DNA of 53,689 bases. It comes from a virus. Lineage: Duplodnaviria; Caudoviricetes. The notes under the pieces were generated by a model. That model did no database searches. It saw only the letters and a program-made list of their open reading frames with translations, and was not told the DNA's origin. The translations under genes were made by a program, and so were the position numbers. Positions within the stretch are counted from its first letter, which is position 1. Each line of letters opens with the position of its first letter. Positions 8,780 through 17,370 of the stretch are shown piece after piece. The DNA lies in IMG/VR virus record IMGVR_UViG_3300032212_000011, positions 1 to 53,689 of that record. One strand, written 5' to 3'.

Positions 8780-9321
8780 TGTTCTTTTTCTGTGATACTG
8801 AGACCACGGATTTGCTAGCTCCTGATGCAGCTGACCTAAACGTCCAACCTAGAATGACTGAAATTTATGCTTGCGTTACTGACGTTGACTTTAATATCAT
8901 AGCAGAGCTAGAAACGCTAGTCAATCCCCAGTTTCCAATCCCTCCACACATAACCAGAATAACAAATATAACAGATGAAATGGTGGCGGATGCTCCCAAG
9001 TTCATAGAGATATTTGACGAGCTATATGATATAGCAAAAATGAGCGAGGTTTTTGTGGCACACAATGCTTCTTTTGATGCTGGAGTTATTAAGCATGAGC
9101 TTGAGCGAGTAGGGCTTGAGTTCAATTTTCCGTGGTGGCGGTATCAACATTGTACAGTAGAGTTGTCCACTCCTATTGAGAACAAGCGACTCAAGCTAGT
9201 CAGACTCCATGAGATTGCTACTGGAAAGAAGTATTTCAACAACTCCCATAGAGCAAAGCCAGATGTTATGGCTATGTTAAAATGCTATAAGTGGCTAATG
9301 AAAGAGGGCTTTGTAAAATGA
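8779..9321 (+). CDS. DEDDh 3'-5' exonuclease (Pol III epsilon-like)
   Basis: DTETT, AHNASFD, HRAKPD; TGATG coupling to the SDR gene. Confidence 0.9.
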   Translation: MFFFCDTETTDLLAPDAADLNVQPRMTEIYACVTDVDFNIIAELETLVNPQFPIPPHITRITNITDEMVADAPKFIEIFDELYDIAKMSEVFVAHNASFDAGVIKHELERVGLEFNFPWWRYQHCTVELSTPIENKRLKLVRLHEIATGKKYFNNSHRAKPDVMAMLKCYKWLMKEGFVK

Positions 9322-12137
9322 TTCACTTAGCACTCAGGTCAGAGTACACCTTTAAGGATTGCTATCAGCATATTGATAAGCTAGCAGACCATGGAGAAGT
9401 GGCAGTTGGAATTGCTGACAGGAATAATACCTATGGCCACATAGCTCATTGGAAGAAATGTAAGGAGAAAGGAATCAAACCAATTTTTGGTGTTAGGCTT
9501 ATGGTTTGTATGAGACCTGAAGAGAAAAGAAAAGTTTGGGGTCCAGAATATATTTTCCTTGCAAAGAATGATCAGGGGCTGAAGGATATCTATCGGATGG
9601 TGCAAAGAGCATATGATAATTTCTACTACCATCCTTTCATTTGGCATGATGAATTAGATGAGCTTATTGATGATTCTGTTATCGTAATAGCTGAAACTTT
9701 TCAAGATGATAAGTATGTAGATTACATAGCGCTAACTCAAAGCACTCTTCCTATGATGCTTGATTGGGATATCCCCAAAGTTTTAATTTGCAACAATAGA
9801 TGGCCAGAGGCAAAAGATAAAGATGTTTATGAATTGCTGGCAGGAGATAAAAGAAATATTCAAACTTACCCTCAGCATGTTATGTCAAAAGAAGAAATGT
9901 GTAGGCTTTGGCCAAATCAGAATGCAGCTTTATGGAATACATTTACAATAGCCAATCAATGTAATGCGGAGCCAAAAATAGCAGACACTCTTAGATACAA
10001 TGGAGACAAAATTTTGGAGGACGAATGCTTAAAGGGAGCAAAGCTAAAGAATATAGATATGGGTGACCCTGAATATGCTGCTAGATATAAAATGGAATTG
10101 GGGCTAATCAAAGAAAAGGGATTCAATGATTATTTCTTGATCACTATGGAGATGGTTACTAAGGCAAAGGACATTATGCTAGTAGGTCCAGCGCGAGGCA
10201 GCTCTGCAGGCTCCCTAGTCTGCTACCTTCTAGGGATAACCGAGGTAGACCCGATTGTACACGACCTAATTTTTGAACGCTTTATAGATGCTAATAGAAA
10301 TGACTTGCCTGATATTGATGTTGACTTTCCTGACTATAAAAGGGATGCGGTGATTGCTGATTTAGTGAATGTAAATGGTAGGCAGAAAGTTAGACACATA
10401 TCCACCGTGAGTAAGTTGAAGCCCAAATCGGCAATAGCTGATTTTGCTAAAAGCCTTAGAATACCTGCCTATGAGACGGATGAAATTAGGAATGCTATCA
10501 TAGATAGGTCTGGAGGGGATGCTAGAGCAGCTATGAAAATAGCAGATACTTTTGATACAACAGAAGCAGGTCAAAGGTTCATAGAAAGATATCCTGCTAT
10601 GAAGTTAGTAGCAGACATAGAGAACCACGCTAGGCATACTGGAGTTCACGCAGCAGGAATAATCGTTGCTAATGATGAGCTATGGAATTATGGCGGGGTA
10701 AATACTCGTGATGATGTAATTATGCTAGACAAGAAAGAAGCAGAGCTTTTGAATCTTCTAAAGATAGATTGCTTAGGACTTAGGACTCTATCTGTATTGG
10801 AAGAATGTGCCATGCTGGTTGGTATGGATTACAATGACTTCTATACTTTGCCTTTGGATGATGCTCCCACCTACAAATTGCTAAATGATATGAGGCTATC
10901 TGGAATATTTCAATTTGAAGGAAGAGCTATGCAGATTCTATCTAAGGAAATGGGAATTGAGAATTTCGATGACATAGTAGCAATCACGGCATTGGCCAGA
11001 CCAGGACCACTACATTCAGGGGGAGCAAGCTTGTTCATCAAAAGAAGAACAGGACAAGAGCCGCTAGAATATCTCAGTGACCATCCTGATGTTGTTAGAC
11101 ATACCAAAGATACTTATGGAGTCATAATCTATCAAGAGCAATTGATGACAATTGCTAAGGATTTTGGAGATATGACTTGGTCTGAGGTTCAGCAAATTAG
11201 AAGAGCTGCCTCAAAATCTCTAGGTGAAGAATTCTTTAACAAATATAAAGAATCATTCTTGAACGGGACTAGAGCCAAAGGCATAGATGATGAAGAGGCA
11301 ACCAATGTATGGGAGAACATGGTTACTTTTGGGTCATGGGGAATGAATAAATCTCATACTGTTTCTTATGGGTTAATATCTTATTGGACTGCTTATATGA
11401 AAGCTCATTACCCAGTACAATTTGTAGTAGCAAATCTTAATCACTCAAAGAATGACTTGTCTTCCATAAAGATTTTGAGAGATGCCTTAGAATTTGAAGG
11501 AATTGTTCACATACCTGTAGACCCTGATAATTCTGATATGAAATGGAGGGAATTTGAAGGGAAAGTTTTGGGAGGATTGACTAACATCCCTGGCATAGGA
11601 GAAAAGAAAGCACAGTCAATTTTAAAAGCCAGAGAAAAAGGAAGATATACAGCAGGAATGCTCAAGTTGCTGCTAGATGTAAAGACTCCTTTTGATATCT
11701 TGTATCCTTGTAAGCACTATTGGGGAGAGTTCTATGAGAATCCCAGAGACTATGGGTTGAGGAAAGCACCAAATTGGATAGAAGATGTGCAAGAAAAAGG
11801 AACATATTTAATAATTGGTTTGGTTACTGCTAAAGATTTATTGGATATGAATGAGTATAACAAAGTTGCTAAGCGAGGTGGCAAGCTAGTAGATGGACCG
11901 ACTCAGTATTTGAAGATGAATATTGAGGATGATACAGATGCTATATCTTGTACAATAGGAAGATTCCAGTTTGAGCAACTACACGGACAGAGAATTTCTG
12001 ATGTTACAGTTTTAAATAAATCTTGGGTTATGATAAAAGGAAGAATAACTGGAGATTGGAGAGCCATCAACGTAGATGAAATAGAAATTCTAAATGAAAT
12101 TATGAAAGATCATTATTTGGAGAGAGGTGGAGAATGA
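9318..12137 (+). CDS. dnaE: DNA polymerase III alpha subunit (family C)
   Basis: PHP-like N-terminus (HLALRSEY, KPIFG), RGSSAGSLV.YLLGIT, PDIDVDF, HAAGII, KIDCLGL, NKSH; ATGA overlap supports start 9318. Confidence 0.95.
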   Translation: MIHLALRSEYTFKDCYQHIDKLADHGEVAVGIADRNNTYGHIAHWKKCKEKGIKPIFGVRLMVCMRPEEKRKVWGPEYIFLAKNDQGLKDIYRMVQRAYDNFYYHPFIWHDELDELIDDSVIVIAETFQDDKYVDYIALTQSTLPMMLDWDIPKVLICNNRWPEAKDKDVYELLAGDKRNIQTYPQHVMSKEEMCRLWPNQNAALWNTFTIANQCNAEPKIADTLRYNGDKILEDECLKGAKLKNIDMGDPEYAARYKMELGLIKEKGFNDYFLITMEMVTKAKDIMLVGPARGSSAGSLVCYLLGITEVDPIVHDLIFERFIDANRNDLPDIDVDFPDYKRDAVIADLVNVNGRQKVRHISTVSKLKPKSAIADFAKSLRIPAYETDEIRNAIIDRSGGDARAAMKIADTFDTTEAGQRFIERYPAMKLVADIENHARHTGVHAAGIIVANDELWNYGGVNTRDDVIMLDKKEAELLNLLKIDCLGLRTLSVLEECAMLVGMDYNDFYTLPLDDAPTYKLLNDMRLSGIFQFEGRAMQILSKEMGIENFDDIVAITALARPGPLHSGGASLFIKRRTGQEPLEYLSDHPDVVRHTKDTYGVIIYQEQLMTIAKDFGDMTWSEVQQIRRAASKSLGEEFFNKYKESFLNGTRAKGIDDEEATNVWENMVTFGSWGMNKSHTVSYGLISYWTAYMKAHYPVQFVVANLNHSKNDLSSIKILRDALEFEGIVHIPVDPDNSDMKWREFEGKVLGGLTNIPGIGEKKAQSILKAREKGRYTAGMLKLLLDVKTPFDILYPCKHYWGEFYENPRDYGLRKAPNWIEDVQEKGTYLIIGLVTAKDLLDMNEYNKVAKRGGKLVDGPTQYLKMNIEDDTDAISCTIGRFQFEQLHGQRISDVTVLNKSWVMIKGRITGDWRAINVDEIEILNEIMKDHYLERGGE

Positions 12138-12421
12138 AACTTAATGAATTATCAGACATACTTGAGCTTAAAAAGATGGAGGCAAAGAAGCGCACACCAA
12201 ATTATCACTTGAGGCTGAGCGATGAAAATCTAATTCAATTGGCAAAGTTGACTGAAGAGTATCACGAATCAAAAACTTGGTTCCCAATGCCTTATTGGGT
12301 AAGATTATTTTCAGAAACCTCTGATGTGAACGTAATACATGAACAATTAGAGAAGGCCAGCGTAAAAGTATTTGGTATGGAAATTCACGCAGAAGACCCA
12401 AGACATGGGAGAATAAGATGA
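12134..12421 (+). CDS. Hypothetical protein
   Basis: ATGA overlaps on both sides. Confidence 0.6.
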   Translation: MKLNELSDILELKKMEAKKRTPNYHLRLSDENLIQLAKLTEEYHESKTWFPMPYWVRLFSETSDVNVIHEQLEKASVKVFGMEIHAEDPRHGRIR

Positions 12422-13512
12422 TTCAAGAATATACTTTATATAAGCAAGATGCCAAAGGAAGAATCCGTTTGTGGAGAATATCGAATGATGATGGGTTGAT
12501 TCTCCGTGAGTCTGGTCTCATTGATGGTGATAAGGTTGAGACTGAGGACTACATTGAAGAAGGCAAGGCCAACCGAACTGTGGAAGAGCAAATTGATCTG
12601 TTCATGAACTCCAAAGTCAAAAAGAAAATTGACGCAGGTTACGTTTATGACTTGGAAGAGGCAAAAGCAAATAAGCCTACGAATGCTTTAGGTTTAACCA
12701 AGCCTATGCTTGCCAAGAGAGTTGACAGAGTTAAGCTTGACCAAATTGATTTTGGTGGAGCAGTAGTCCAAAGGAAATATGATGGACATAGGTGTATGGT
12801 GTCTTGGGTTGATGGAAGAGCTTTTGCCTACTCTAAGAATGGGAAAGAGTTGACAGCAATAACAGAGATTTTACATTCATTAAACTGTCTTGCTTTGGGG
12901 TTCAATGGATCAACTTTGGATGGAGAGCTATATTGTCATGGAAAATCACTACAAAGAATAAGTTCACTTGCTAAGAAAAGACAACCTGAAACTTCTGAGC
13001 TTGTTTATGTTATATATGATGTTGTATCAGACAAAGGATATCGTGATAGAATGGATATGCTAAAGCATATGTATGCCTATTACAATGATTTTGAAAATAT
13101 AACAGGGGCGCCTTCAATACCATGCGATGACTTCTCTCTGGGGAACCTTTACAAAATCAGAGATGAACAAATTGAATTGGGCTATGAAGGATTAATAGTT
13201 AGAATAGATGGAACTGGATATGAAGATGGCAAGCGTTCAACTAATCTTTTGAAGGTCAAGAAGTGTATTGATGGAGAATTCCTAGTCAAGAATATAATCC
13301 CATCCAAAGACAACTGGGGGATATTGGTGTGTATTTCTGATAATGGTTCAACATTTACAATGTCTGCGCCTGGCACTCACGCAGAAAAAGAAGAGTGTTT
13401 ATTAAATAAAGAAGCATATATTGGTAGACTAGTAACTGCTGAGTATGCTAACCTCACTGACGATGGAATACCTTTCCATCCCATAGCCAAAAATTGGAGA
13501 GAAACAGAATGA
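12418..13512 (+). CDS. ATP-dependent DNA ligase
   Basis: KPMLA, KYDGHR motif I, LDGELY, YEGLIVR, LLKVK. Confidence 0.92.
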   Translation: MIQEYTLYKQDAKGRIRLWRISNDDGLILRESGLIDGDKVETEDYIEEGKANRTVEEQIDLFMNSKVKKKIDAGYVYDLEEAKANKPTNALGLTKPMLAKRVDRVKLDQIDFGGAVVQRKYDGHRCMVSWVDGRAFAYSKNGKELTAITEILHSLNCLALGFNGSTLDGELYCHGKSLQRISSLAKKRQPETSELVYVIYDVVSDKGYRDRMDMLKHMYAYYNDFENITGAPSIPCDDFSLGNLYKIRDEQIELGYEGLIVRIDGTGYEDGKRSTNLLKVKKCIDGEFLVKNIIPSKDNWGILVCISDNGSTFTMSAPGTHAEKEECLLNKEAYIGRLVTAEYANLTDDGIPFHPIAKNWRETE

Positions 13513-14450
13513 GTGATAAAATAGTAATTTTAGGAGCAGGGATGGCAGGACTATTAGCTGCCAATATGATGCGCCACAGAAATCCTGTAGTCATGGAAAT
13601 AAAAGGTGAATTGCCACATAACCACGGAGCACTTTTAAGATTTAGAAGCAATTCTGTCTCAGCTGCTACAGGAGTTCCATTCAAAAAGGTGAATGTGTCA
13701 AAAGCAATTTACCATAATGGAGATGTGCTTAGCAGTCCAAACATATTAGTTTGTAACAAATACTCACAAAGAGTATCAGGAAAGGTGACTAATCGCTCAA
13801 TATCAAATTTGAATGATGAGACTAGATACATCGCTCCAGATAATTTCATAGAGTGTGCAGCTCGTGGAGTGGAAATTAGATATGGGATAAATCTTACAAC
13901 AGATGATTTTACTGATATTGCATTATCTTCTGGAAATCCAATTATTTCTACAATACCAATGCCAGCTTTGATGCAGAAATTGGACTATCCTGATAGAGAC
14001 AACAGCAAATTTGATTATTCACCTGTAGTTTCCTATAGGTTGACTATTGATAATGTTGATGCCTATCAAACAGTTTACATTCCTGATCCTGTAGACTCTC
14101 ATTTCTACCGCGTTTCTATTACAGGTCATGTAATCATATTTGAAACAACTCGTGACGACTTAGACATGAAAGAGGTCATTAGCGGGATGCAGGATATACT
14201 TTTCAAAGGATTTGGGATTTATGGGTGGGTGATCGCTCCAGAGTATATAGAGAAGGTCCACCAAAAGTATGGCAAGCTTATATCTGGAAACAGAAAGTAC
14301 GCAAGAAGATTCATATCTTGGGCAACAACTGAACGCAATGTTTATTCTTTAGGCAGATTCTCCACATGGAAGCAAATATTGATGGATGATTGCGTCAGAG
14401 ATATAAATGTTATTGATAATTTAATTGAAACTGAAAACTACAGAGGGTAA
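13509..14450 (+). CDS. FAD-dependent oxidoreductase (UDP-galactopyranose mutase / protoporphyrinogen oxidase-like fold)
   Basis: IVILGAGMAGLLAA dinucleotide-binding motif; ISTIP; C-terminal VYSLGRFSTWKQILMD. Confidence 0.7.
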   Translation: MSDKIVILGAGMAGLLAANMMRHRNPVVMEIKGELPHNHGALLRFRSNSVSAATGVPFKKVNVSKAIYHNGDVLSSPNILVCNKYSQRVSGKVTNRSISNLNDETRYIAPDNFIECAARGVEIRYGINLTTDDFTDIALSSGNPIISTIPMPALMQKLDYPDRDNSKFDYSPVVSYRLTIDNVDAYQTVYIPDPVDSHFYRVSITGHVIIFETTRDDLDMKEVISGMQDILFKGFGIYGWVIAPEYIEKVHQKYGKLISGNRKYARRFISWATTERNVYSLGRFSTWKQILMDDCVRDINVIDNLIETENYRG

Positions 14451-14454
14451 TACT

Positions 14455-15225
14455 ATGAGTATCATAAAAGAACCAAAAGTCAATTTGTTGGACTATACTG
14501 GGATGGGGATGTTGGACCCAAACTGGGCAGCTAAGAAGTTAATATACACAAAGCGCACTAGATTGGAGCAAAGTCCTGAAACATGGAAAGATACTTTTGA
14601 TCTATCAGGAAAAGAGTTGGAAGAAGAGCTACATTATGTAGCAAATTCAGTTAGAAGTAGCTGGGAGTTTGTAGACTTCACATTCCAAATATCTAATGTT
14701 GGAAGAGGATTCACACATCAAATGGTGAGAACGAGAACTGCTTCTTATGCTCAGCAATCTCAAAGAGTTGTTGATATGTCAGGATTTGATTATGTAGTTC
14801 CTCCTTGTATTGATGCAGATGAAAAGGCACTCGACAAATATTCTGAGGTAATGAGCAAGATTGACGATGGATACAAAGCATTGGTTGATATGGGGATGCC
14901 TGCTCAAGATGCCCGTGGTGTGTTGCCAACTAATGTGGGCACTAGCATAATTTGCTCCATGAATCTTAGAACGCTTGCGGATTTATGTGGGAAGCGAGAC
15001 AATCCCAGAGCAGAGGGTGAATATCATAAAGTGTTCAAAGGTATGGCAAAGTGCGCTCTTGAGGCTATGCCTTGGATTGAATACTTTTTGTATCCTCCAA
15101 GAATGGAGACTCCTGCCTTAGATGAGATTCTTATTACATTGAGAGGTGACAGGTCTCCAGTGGAAAATAATCTTTTAAATGATGCAATGAAAGAAATTGA
15201 TCGACTAAAGAAGGTTTGGGGGTAA
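14455..15225 (+). CDS. thyX: Divergent flavin-dependent thymidylate synthase (ThyX family)
   Basis: HQMVRTRTASYAQQSQR (RHRx7S with H to T), QDARGVLP, MNLRTL, KRD.RAEGE. Confidence 0.8.
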   Translation: MSIIKEPKVNLLDYTGMGMLDPNWAAKKLIYTKRTRLEQSPETWKDTFDLSGKELEEELHYVANSVRSSWEFVDFTFQISNVGRGFTHQMVRTRTASYAQQSQRVVDMSGFDYVVPPCIDADEKALDKYSEVMSKIDDGYKALVDMGMPAQDARGVLPTNVGTSIICSMNLRTLADLCGKRDNPRAEGEYHKVFKGMAKCALEAMPWIEYFLYPPRMETPALDEILITLRGDRSPVENNLLNDAMKEIDRLKKVWG

Positions 15226-15228
15226 GTC

Positions 15229-15531
15229 ATGAATGAAGATGAACTAATATTGCTAAATGCTATCTTAGACAAATATGAAATGAATTTGATAACTGCGATT
15301 TGGATTTTGAGAATAAGAAACAATCCATGTTGTACAGTCAATGATATTGCTACTGGAGTGAAAGATGCCAACAATATTAGGGTATCTTTGAAGCATCGCG
15401 CTCTTTCCCAATTCGTTGATACAAAAATTGGAGTTAGCAATGGTCAAGGCAGACCACCATTTCTATTAATAGTCAACGAACGAGGGAACAATATTTGCGA
15501 GGATTTAGATGGGCTAATTAGAAAGGGCTAA
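15229..15531 (+). CDS. Hypothetical protein, possible winged HTH
   Basis: NPCCTVNDIA helix pattern and GRP wing-like motif. Confidence 0.45.
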   Translation: MNEDELILLNAILDKYEMNLITAIWILRIRNNPCCTVNDIATGVKDANNIRVSLKHRALSQFVDTKIGVSNGQGRPPFLLIVNERGNNICEDLDGLIRKG

Positions 15532-15586
15532 AAATAGCTCTTTTATTTAGTAATTCTAGCCCCTACAAGGGCTATTCTAGCGATTA

Positions 15587-15620
15587 TCTCCCCTATATCT
15601 ATCTAATCGTATAGGGGAGA
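15587..15620. terminator. Hairpin at the convergence of the two transcription arms
   Basis: TCTCCCCTATA...TATAGGGGAGA 11-bp inverted repeat between convergent stop codons; lacks an adjacent U-tract. Confidence 0.55.
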
Positions 15621-15642
15621 GCCTAAAAGGGGCTTAAAACGT

Positions 15643-16008
15643 CTATTTTCCTCTATCTTGTATAAAGGTAAAATTGCCCTCTAATATGGTAGAAATTTCA
15701 GAAGCACCATCAACCATTTCAATATCATAGAAGAAATCACCAATTCTATCAGAATCTCCAGCACTGATTGGGAATGAAACTCTTCCATTAGGTCCATCAG
15801 TTATTGTCCCAGTAGATTGAAATTCATAATCTGCTGATTCTGGAGCCTCCAACTGAGTCACAGATAGTGTAAAAGTGAATCCTGTTATGTCTAAAACTGC
15901 TCCAGCAGAATCCGTCAACGAAAGATTAATTGATTTGGTATCACCTCGCTTTCTGATGATATTAGTTTGGGGAACTTCGCCCACCGTAGTTACATTAGCT
16001 CTAGACAT
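15643..16008 (-). CDS. Putative virion protein (BppU N-terminal-like)
   Basis: RGDT, DITG, G.VSF.I...D, G.FFYDIE, TILEG.F pattern. Confidence 0.6.
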   Translation of the reverse strand: MSRANVTTVGEVPQTNIIRKRGDTKSINLSLTDSAGAVLDITGFTFTLSVTQLEAPESADYEFQSTGTITDGPNGRVSFPISAGDSDRIGDFFYDIEMVDGASEISTILEGNFTFIQDRGK

Positions 16009-16010
16009 TT

Positions 16011-16283
16011 TTATTCTTCCACAGTAATAGTTAAATTGTCATCAACATCAGAAGACAAATCAGATTCATCTATTGAAACTGAAATATCATCCTCTATTGA
16101 AACTTGTAAATCCATTGCCTCAACAGCAACTCCAATTCCTTCTTCATCAATAGACACATCAAAGCCACTTATGAAAAAAGTAGTGCCAGAGCCTCCAGCA
16201 TTTAAGTTGTTCAGGTGATCCCTAACCATGTTTGGAGAACCCAAAGTGCTAGCTTCCAGCAGCAATTCTCTAAAAGTTGCCAT
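16011..16283 (-). CDS. Acidic hypothetical protein, probably structural
   Basis: Coupled ORF; repeated VSI(D/E) units. Confidence 0.55.
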   Translation of the reverse strand: MATFRELLLEASTLGSPNMVRDHLNNLNAGGSGTTFFISGFDVSIDEEGIGVAVEAMDLQVSIEDDISVSIDESDLSSDVDDNLTITVEE

Positions 16284-17365
16284 TATGTCTCAGTATCCAA
16301 GAATGCTTGTACAATGTCGGCAGTTCTTCTCTGATCTTTTATGGTTATTGTAGCAGCAGGATCAACCTCATACTCATAACAATCTCCACGGATGCACAAA
16401 GTTCCACCAGAACAAGTTGCGTCAACCCAAACTTTCCCGCCATAAACTTCAAGAACTGTTTCCCCAGCAGTCATGTTAGTCAGTCCAATATCACCATGCC
16501 AGTCTTCTGCCGTGAGGTTGTGTGCTCCAATATCAAAAACAGGGTATGCGTCTCCATCTGCCATATCATAACATTCAAATAGGGAAGTGCTACCATTCAA
16601 TTCTATGCTAGATAAGAAAGCGCACTTTTCAAAGAATCCAGATACAGCAGTTATTGCTGCAATACTACACCTAGTTATTGTGTTCAACCCATCAAGCTGA
16701 CCCATCAAAGTCATGTTCTCAACACTACAACCTGTTACATTTGCAGCATCTGCAGCAGTCAAAACCACATATGGGGAGACTCCTTTGAAATTATATCCTA
16801 AGCTATAGTCTTGATCAACCAGAGTCATACTTTCAAGAAAAGTAAATGATCTTATTCCTTGCGTTGTTGCTATAGTTAGTGCATCATCCAAATTCTTAGC
16901 TGGTATTTTGAACGTCCCAATTGGAGTTGAAACGCCATCTTCCCCAGTCGTTGGATTTATTACTACATGGCCTTGGTAAGCAGAAGCCAAAAGAACTTCC
17001 AAATCCACTAGGCCAGCAGAATTAGCTGATCGAACTGAAACTTGGTTTACATTAACTCTGTCCCCAACATTAGAATTGGCCCCAACTAAGTTCACAGCAT
17101 ATTGTCCATCTTCAAATGTAACAGTGTATGGCTCTAGTATCTCTATAGAGCGAGCAAGGGTAACGCCTCCAACTGTAAGAGTTGTATTGTGATTATGAGT
17201 ACTATCAAATACCACCCCTTCTTCACTATCGCCAATATCCCTCAACTCCAATCTAAAAGCATTCAGGTCAAGCTGTCTGATTTCAGTAGGAGTAGATTGT
17301 ATCAGCGTCATATCTGCTCTAGGAACAAAAATGACGTTAGTTAGTCTGTCTATTGTTATTGCCAT
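16283..17365 (-). CDS. Putative virion structural protein (beta-rich)
   Basis: Long ORF in the late operon; T/G/S/D-rich, Lys-poor. Confidence 0.6.
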   Translation of the reverse strand: MAITIDRLTNVIFVPRADMTLIQSTPTEIRQLDLNAFRLELRDIGDSEEGVVFDSTHNHNTTLTVGGVTLARSIEILEPYTVTFEDGQYAVNLVGANSNVGDRVNVNQVSVRSANSAGLVDLEVLLASAYQGHVVINPTTGEDGVSTPIGTFKIPAKNLDDALTIATTQGIRSFTFLESMTLVDQDYSLGYNFKGVSPYVVLTAADAANVTGCSVENMTLMGQLDGLNTITRCSIAAITAVSGFFEKCAFLSSIELNGSTSLFECYDMADGDAYPVFDIGAHNLTAEDWHGDIGLTNMTAGETVLEVYGGKVWVDATCSGGTLCIRGDCYEYEVDPAATITIKDQRRTADIVQAFLDTET

Positions 17366-17370
17366 ATGTT

